DNA of 20,000 nt from an uncultured virus (IMG/VR IMGVR_UViG_3300037427_003924) (taxonomy: Duplodnaviria; Heunggongvirae; Uroviricota; Caudoviricetes): IMG/VR virus record IMGVR_UViG_3300037427_003924; one strand, written 5' to 3'. Of the stretch, positions 15,570 to 20,000 are shown one piece after another. Each line of letters opens with the position of its first letter. Positions within the stretch are counted from its first letter, which is position 1. A program made the position numbers and the translations under genes. The notes below the pieces were generated by a model that did no database searches, was not told the DNA's origin, and worked only from the letters and a program-made list of their open reading frames with translations.

Positions 15570-15610
15570 AAGAAAAAGACGCGAGGTCGGTTCGATTCCG
15601 ACTCTCGCGT
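15570..15610 (-). terminator. Probable terminator of the minus-strand operon; hairpin contains a tRNA T-arm
   Basis: acgcgag-gtcgg-ttcgatt-ccgac-t-ctcgcgt, followed on the minus strand by CTTTTTCTT. Confidence 0.55.
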
Positions 15611-15633
15611 ATTATTTATTATTTGTTATTTAA

Positions 15634-15828
15634 TTATTTCTTTTTTCTATTTGCCTCGGAGACAAATTGCTGGTTCATTTTCTTTTTAGGAAATCCTGTC
15701 TTAATGCCTTTTTTCTTTGCCCACTTGGCAAAAGCATCGTCGAATTCTTTTTTCATTCCATTAGCGACGGCATACATACTGTCGAAGGAATCCGCTTGGT
15801 GTGTGTGGTTATTATCTTGTTGAATCAT
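15634..15828 (-). CDS. Small basic protein, similar to 11506..11679
   Basis: KEFDDAFAKWAKKKG motif. Confidence 0.75.
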   Translation of the reverse strand: MIQQDNNHTHQADSFDSMYAVANGMKKEFDDAFAKWAKKKGIKTGFPKKKMNQQFVSEANRKKK

Positions 15829-16234
15829 AATCTGTTAAATTTTCTGCTGTTATCTTTCCTAAAGTATAAAAGTCATATTTATTACCTGTTACTAAAAACG
15901 TCATTGGTTTGAATTCCTCCAGTCTTGATTCTGCATACTCTCTAGCAAAAGGCATGATGCCTCCTTTCTTCCCCTTAAACAATGATAACTTACCTTCAGC
16001 CAGCATTATATTAACGGACATATTAACTAATGACCTTTTTAACTTGGTTTGGCTTGTCCAAAAATATCCCAAGTAAGGTTTAACGTATTCATTAGACCAG
16101 ATTAAGTCTTGGCCCGATGTTGCTGCATGGTTCCAAAAGCCCCAGTAGTGGCGAATAATCTCCTTTTTATTATCACCCCTTATGCCTACCGCTACTTTTT
16201 TCTCTCCGTCTCTCTGTATAACGTATTCTATCAT
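15812..16234 (-). CDS. Hypothetical protein
   Basis: 140-aa ORF with SD-like AGGA, co-oriented with its neighbours. Confidence 0.8.
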   Translation of the reverse strand: MIEYVIQRDGEKKVAVGIRGDNKKEIIRHYWGFWNHAATSGQDLIWSNEYVKPYLGYFWTSQTKLKRSLVNMSVNIMLAEGKLSLFKGKKGGIMPFAREYAESRLEEFKPMTFLVTGNKYDFYTLGKITAENLTDYDSTR

Positions 16235-16303
16235 TTTTCCTGCTCATAAATTAACCAAAAAGCTAATAAGATACCCACCACAAAAACCATTGCTTCCACG
16301 GTA

Positions 16304-17053
16304 TTAAATTTTAACAGTTGCGTTGTAGCCCGTAAAGCCTTTTTTCTTATTAGCTGAGAGAGCCTTGCTTGCATCGCTCCCCGCCGGTTGACTCCCGTGA
16401 ATCACCAAGGCAAAATCATTCGAGCCAGATATTGCCAAGTCGTCCGTGTGGTCAACGTCCAATCCCAAGGCTTCCGCTTCCTCAGTAGAGAAAAACACCT
16501 TTGCGCTTTTCACCATCGTCTGAGGGATTAAGTCATCATACTTTCCACCACGCGAACAGGTAAAGACATAGTTTTTAGGCAAGCCACCATTAACGGCGAT
16601 ATACTCCAGCAAAAACTTGATGCTTTTAGTATAGGAATAAAAAACCACGTTTGGGAATAGTTTGGCCGCTCTCATCCAAGCGTTGAAATATCTCTGACTA
16701 AAAAAGTCTCCACCGATATGCACCCGACAAGTTCCGCCCCGATTCAATCCGGTTTCTTTTATGCTGCCCACTATCAAGTCAACCATCTCCCGAATAGTAC
16801 GACAAGTCTTTAACAAGTCAAAATTACCCCAACGAACCTTACGCACATTAGGACGGCGAGCTTCATCCATTGCCGCATAGCATCGGAAAATCTGACCGTC
16901 AACAGGAGTTTGTTCATCACGAACTTTGCCCGTTTCCTTATCTGCAAAAGTCTTACAGTTTTTAGCTCCGGGGCAAGTATAGCCACTAGGAAGGGAGTAG
17001 TGCCAAATACCTTTCAGCTTGGCGTTTTCAAATGTGAATTTTAGTAGACCCAT
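16304..17053 (-). CDS. GP88-like phage protein (Cys-ligated, radical-SAM-related)
   Basis: SLPSGYTCPGAKNC, CYA, RVHIGGDFFS and FYSYTK motifs; TTGACT(17088-93)-17-TACTAT(17065-70). Confidence 0.75.
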   Translation of the reverse strand: MGLLKFTFENAKLKGIWHYSLPSGYTCPGAKNCKTFADKETGKVRDEQTPVDGQIFRCYAAMDEARRPNVRKVRWGNFDLLKTCRTIREMVDLIVGSIKETGLNRGGTCRVHIGGDFFSQRYFNAWMRAAKLFPNVVFYSYTKSIKFLLEYIAVNGGLPKNYVFTCSRGGKYDDLIPQTMVKSAKVFFSTEEAEALGLDVDHTDDLAISGSNDFALVIHGSQPAGSDASKALSANKKKGFTGYNATVKI

Positions 17054-17108
17054 AACTGAAAAAGATAGTACCTTGTTTACTGGTTCAAGTCAACCATAAA
17101 AATAATTT

Positions 17109-17351
17109 TTATCCGAATAATTTTTCCCACCCTTCGGGACTTGTTCCCGACATAACGAACTCCCGTTGGTCTGCATCTAATGAGCGCAGCGCGTCTTGAA
17201 TAGGGAGGCCTTGGTTCAGGTCGAAAAGCTCGCTGCCATGAATCGTCACCGTGTAAGACTTCCCTGTGACTCGGCATGGCCCCGTGAATGTATACGTTCC
17301 CTTTTCGTGATCCTGAGTATACGTGCAATTAGTGTTAATATATCTTCCCAT
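17109..17351 (-). CDS. Early hypothetical protein (near-leaderless)
   Basis: TTGACA(17385-90)-17-TATACT(17362-67)-10 nt-ATG; IQDAL..L.ADQREFVMSG.SPE.W motif common in phage small proteins. Confidence 0.88.
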   Translation of the reverse strand: MGRYINTNCTYTQDHEKGTYTFTGPCRVTGKSYTVTIHGSELFDLNQGLPIQDALRSLDADQREFVMSGTSPEGWEKLFG

Positions 17352-17440
17352 AACGCCGCTGAGTATATGTTAAAAATGTGTGCCTGTCAACCTAAAAAAT
17401 CATTTTTTTTAATAATTTTTTTTTTATATACTTTTAGATG

Positions 17441-17521
17441 CGTAAGTCGTTGACTATCAAAGAGTTACGACGGCGCCGGGGGGCGCCCCGCCCCTAAGTC
17501 GTTGACTATCAGTGACTTACG
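17441..17521. repeat. 81-bp paired-palindrome element, copy 6 (apparently inverted)
   Basis: cgtaagtcgttgactatcaaagagttacg + 23 bp + cctaagtcgttgactatcagtgacttacg. Confidence 0.95.
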
Positions 17522-17721
17522 ACATTTTTTGGTTCATTTATATACTATGTAAATCTATCACTTAATTAATAAAACTGCATACCTCAGCCTACATTGCCAC
17601 TCTTATTTGTTATTTATTTATTTCGGGTTCATTATTTCGCCTTTATATATTTCGCCTTCTATTATTTGCCTTTTATTTATTTACTATTCATTATTATTTG
17701 ATGATTTAAAAATTTGCCGAC

Positions 17722-17750
17722 AAAAAAACCCCACTCTTTCGAGTGGGGTT
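17722..17750 (-). terminator. Intrinsic terminator
   Basis: On the minus strand, ccccactc-GAAA-gagtgggg followed by T7. Confidence 0.88.
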
Positions 17751-17785
17751 GGTAGTGTTATGAGGACTACTACTGAGGGGGGATT

Positions 17786-17971
17786 CTACTTACGTTTCCG
17801 CTTGGAATACTTCAACGTACTAGCATCTTTATTTGAAGCGGTGAAAGTCGACTTTGCAACCTTCTCCCATTCGCTCCGATGCTGATTAAACTTACGCAAC
17901 TTCTCAACCGAATCCACGCTGAGTGAGTTGCCCTCTTGAGTTACATTAACACGATATGTCGTATTTCTCAT
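17786..17971 (-). CDS. Small basic protein
   Basis: 61 aa, lying between the RuvB-like gene and the terminator. Confidence 0.75.
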   Translation of the reverse strand: MRNTTYRVNVTQEGNSLSVDSVEKLRKFNQHRSEWEKVAKSTFTASNKDASTLKYSKRKRK

Positions 17972-17985
17972 ACATTAATATAGTA

Positions 17986-18963
17986 TTAACTTGACTTACG
18001 TTTTTCTAATAATTGTGGATTTTTCTCAAACATTAGTTTCGCATCATTAGTTAGCTGCCTCCCATGTGCCGTTGCCTCAATGAAGTTTAGCTTTTGCAAG
18101 TAGGTTTCTGCATCAGATTGAATTGCTGCCCTAGTCATCTGGAGTTTGGCGGCGAGGTTGTATAGTCGCACGGTTCCCTCCCGATGTAGAGTACGCAAGT
18201 AACGAAGCTCAGTCTTATTCATGCCATGCGGCATAATGTCCAATATGCGGCAAAGTTCCTTCCAGTCTGATAACTTAAAGGTTTTAGTGTTATTCGCCGC
18301 TACATAAGATTTGATATTAGTTGCCATCTTTTGCGCTGCCCTGCCATTGCCCCGTAATGCTGGTGCGATATGTTTTGATACGATATCACCAGAGAATCTA
18401 ATCTTATCAGTATTAAGCAGAAGTATCTGACCTAATTCATCATAAGAATAATCATCCAAGTCGATACGCTCCATGCGATCAATCAAAGCATGGAATACCT
18501 CTTGTGGCTCAGTAGTTGCAAACAGAAAACTTAATTTTCTGAAATCAATCTCAATGTCCGTCCCTTCATAACTAAAAGTGTTATGGTTATCCTTATTGGG
18601 ATTGGTTATAGTTAATAAAGCCATTGTTACGTCCTTGGGTAACATATGACATTCATCAAATAGAACAGTAGCGTCCTCATTCTGCATATGAGGAATCATT
18701 ATCATCTCAACGAATTGTCTGAGATTTTTAATCGTAGCACAATTTAGCTCAAGGAATTTCTTGGGATTCATTGTGTTTGGCATGATAAGATTCCGAGCAA
18801 ATGCCCTTGCCAACATAGTTTTACCAGCACCTTTAGGTGCTGTGAGCATGATATTAGGGACGATCCCTGTCCTTTCAAACGCTTTGATATAAAACTCAAA
18901 CTTACGCTTGGCAGGGTGCTGCCCGATCACTTGTGGGAATAATGTAGTAGATGTAGTAGTCAT
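17986..18963 (-). CDS. ruvB: RuvB-like AAA+ ATPase (Holliday junction branch migration helicase family)
   Basis: VIGQ, Walker A APKGAGKT, Walker B VLFDECH, sensor FATTE, ALIDR, RGNGR and winged-helix tail ETYLQKLNFIEATAHGRQLT; TTGACT(18997-19002)-17-TAATAT(18974-79). Confidence 0.85.
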   Translation of the reverse strand: MTTTSTTLFPQVIGQHPAKRKFEFYIKAFERTGIVPNIMLTAPKGAGKTMLARAFARNLIMPNTMNPKKFLELNCATIKNLRQFVEMIMIPHMQNEDATVLFDECHMLPKDVTMALLTITNPNKDNHNTFSYEGTDIEIDFRKLSFLFATTEPQEVFHALIDRMERIDLDDYSYDELGQILLLNTDKIRFSGDIVSKHIAPALRGNGRAAQKMATNIKSYVAANNTKTFKLSDWKELCRILDIMPHGMNKTELRYLRTLHREGTVRLYNLAAKLQMTRAAIQSDAETYLQKLNFIEATAHGRQLTNDAKLMFEKNPQLLEKRKSS

Positions 18964-19036
18964 AACAGAGAATATATTAAATCAGTTCGGAATATAAGTC
19001 AACCCCAAAAAAGATTTTTTTTCAATAATTTAATTT

Positions 19037-19318
19037 TTACCAATCTCCTTCGCTGACATTTAACTCAATAGGAGCAGGGGCAATTTCTTCCTTCTTAACA
19101 GAAGTGTCTATCTTCTCCATTACCTTGGGTTCCTCTATCTTCTCAGATTTATCAGTAACCTTGATTGATATTGGTTTTGGTGCTTCAGTAATTCCACTAA
19201 TCATTTTATAGGATTCCATGAATTTCTTTGAAACGTGAATAACAGCATCTTCCTTAAAGTAGGTCATCAAGTCTTTAAGAGATACTCCGATGTAAGTTGA
19301 ATTTCCTTTTTGCTTCAT
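19037..19318 (-). CDS. Early hypothetical protein
   Basis: TTGACT(19354-59)-17-TATACT(19331-36); start revised to 19318 because ATG 19330 abuts the -10 box. Confidence 0.8.
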   Translation of the reverse strand: MKQKGNSTYIGVSLKDLMTYFKEDAVIHVSKKFMESYKMISGITEAPKPISIKVTDKSEKIEEPKVMEKIDTSVKKEEIAPAPIELNVSEGDW

Positions 19319-20000
19319 AAAGCAGTCCATAGTATAAAATTTACGGTTTCGGGAGTCAAGCTAAAATACGATAAAAATTTCAAAAAACCTAAAAATATTT
19401 TTTTTATGGGGTAAAAACATCATTATTTATCATTTGCTTAAAAGTGAGATTTTAATAATTTGAGATTTTAAGGCGGCATAAATTTAATTTTTTCGGCCCA
19501 GCATATTTGGCATTATCTAATTCACAATTAGCTTTCGGTATTTCGGAAAAAGTCATTCACAATTAGCCGTATTTACGAAAATCCCATTCGCAATTTTGTT
19601 TTTTTTGAAATAAAGTTTTTTTTATTCGGCGGGGGGATAGGTTTTTATCATTGAACTTGAACTTAAACTGGTTTTGGTTTTAGTTTGGTTGGTATTTATA
19701 TGTAGTATTAGTATATAGGAAGGAATGAATTAAAAAAGAAGTAAAATATAATTTTGTTCTTTATTTTAATAAATAAAAAAAGAACAGTCCCATTTCGTAC
19801 CGTTCTTTACCTATCTCTACCTATTGTGAGAGTGTTATTTTAACTTCTTTACTATATGTTTTGTAATTTCATCCCAATCTTCTCTCTCATACCTATCATA
19901 CCTCCTATCCCTGACTATCCAGTATATTGCTATTACTATTCCTATTAAGATTTCCACTCTATTACCTCATAACCTTTACCTCTATTGATTGTTTTCTTAT

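Noticed and set aside
8077..17521. Twin palindromes as CRISPR mini-arrays (repeat-spacer-repeat)
   Set aside because: The boxes differ from each other at several positions, and the spacers are only 23 bp and uniformly GC-rich with similar starts, unlike acquired spacers. No cas genes are in the window.
8077..17521. Elements as integron attC sites
   Set aside because: No RYYYAAC/GTTRRRY ends, the genes have their own promoters and both orientations, and no integrase is in the window.
1..20000. Stop-codon reassignment
   Set aside because: Genes are intact under the standard code and end in TAA, TAG and TGA at sensible boundaries.

Overview
The window reads as part of a large dsDNA tailed-phage genome: short dense ORFs, a tRNA, and RuvB-like, DUF932, GP88-like and SleB-like genes. 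The style of the secreted proteins at the left edge suggests a Verrucomicrobiota host, but this is only an inference. There are two zones. (1) 1-4.9 kb holds membrane, secreted and accessory genes, several preceded by GTGTAA-N9-11-start (putative late promoter) and one by a sigma54-type promoter. (2) 5.1-19.4 kb looks like an early/host-takeover region, where about 16 genes each have a near-consensus sigma70 promoter ending 8-12 nt (usually 10) before the start codon, giving near-leaderless mRNAs that mostly begin GUU-AUG, often followed by AGA-GA. Six copies of an 81-bp element punctuate this zone. Each has two 29-bp palindromic boxes carrying the IHF consensus, separated by an invariant-length 23-bp GC-rich spacer (52-bp period). 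Other highlights are an ArfA-like micro-ORF (KKGKGSY motif) that reads in frame into tRNA-Cys, a ~450-nt structured ncRNA candidate behind a boxA signal (GOLLD-like), and a tandem pair of small GGQ/basic-tail paralogs. Family calls come from motif recognition by eye; no searches were run.
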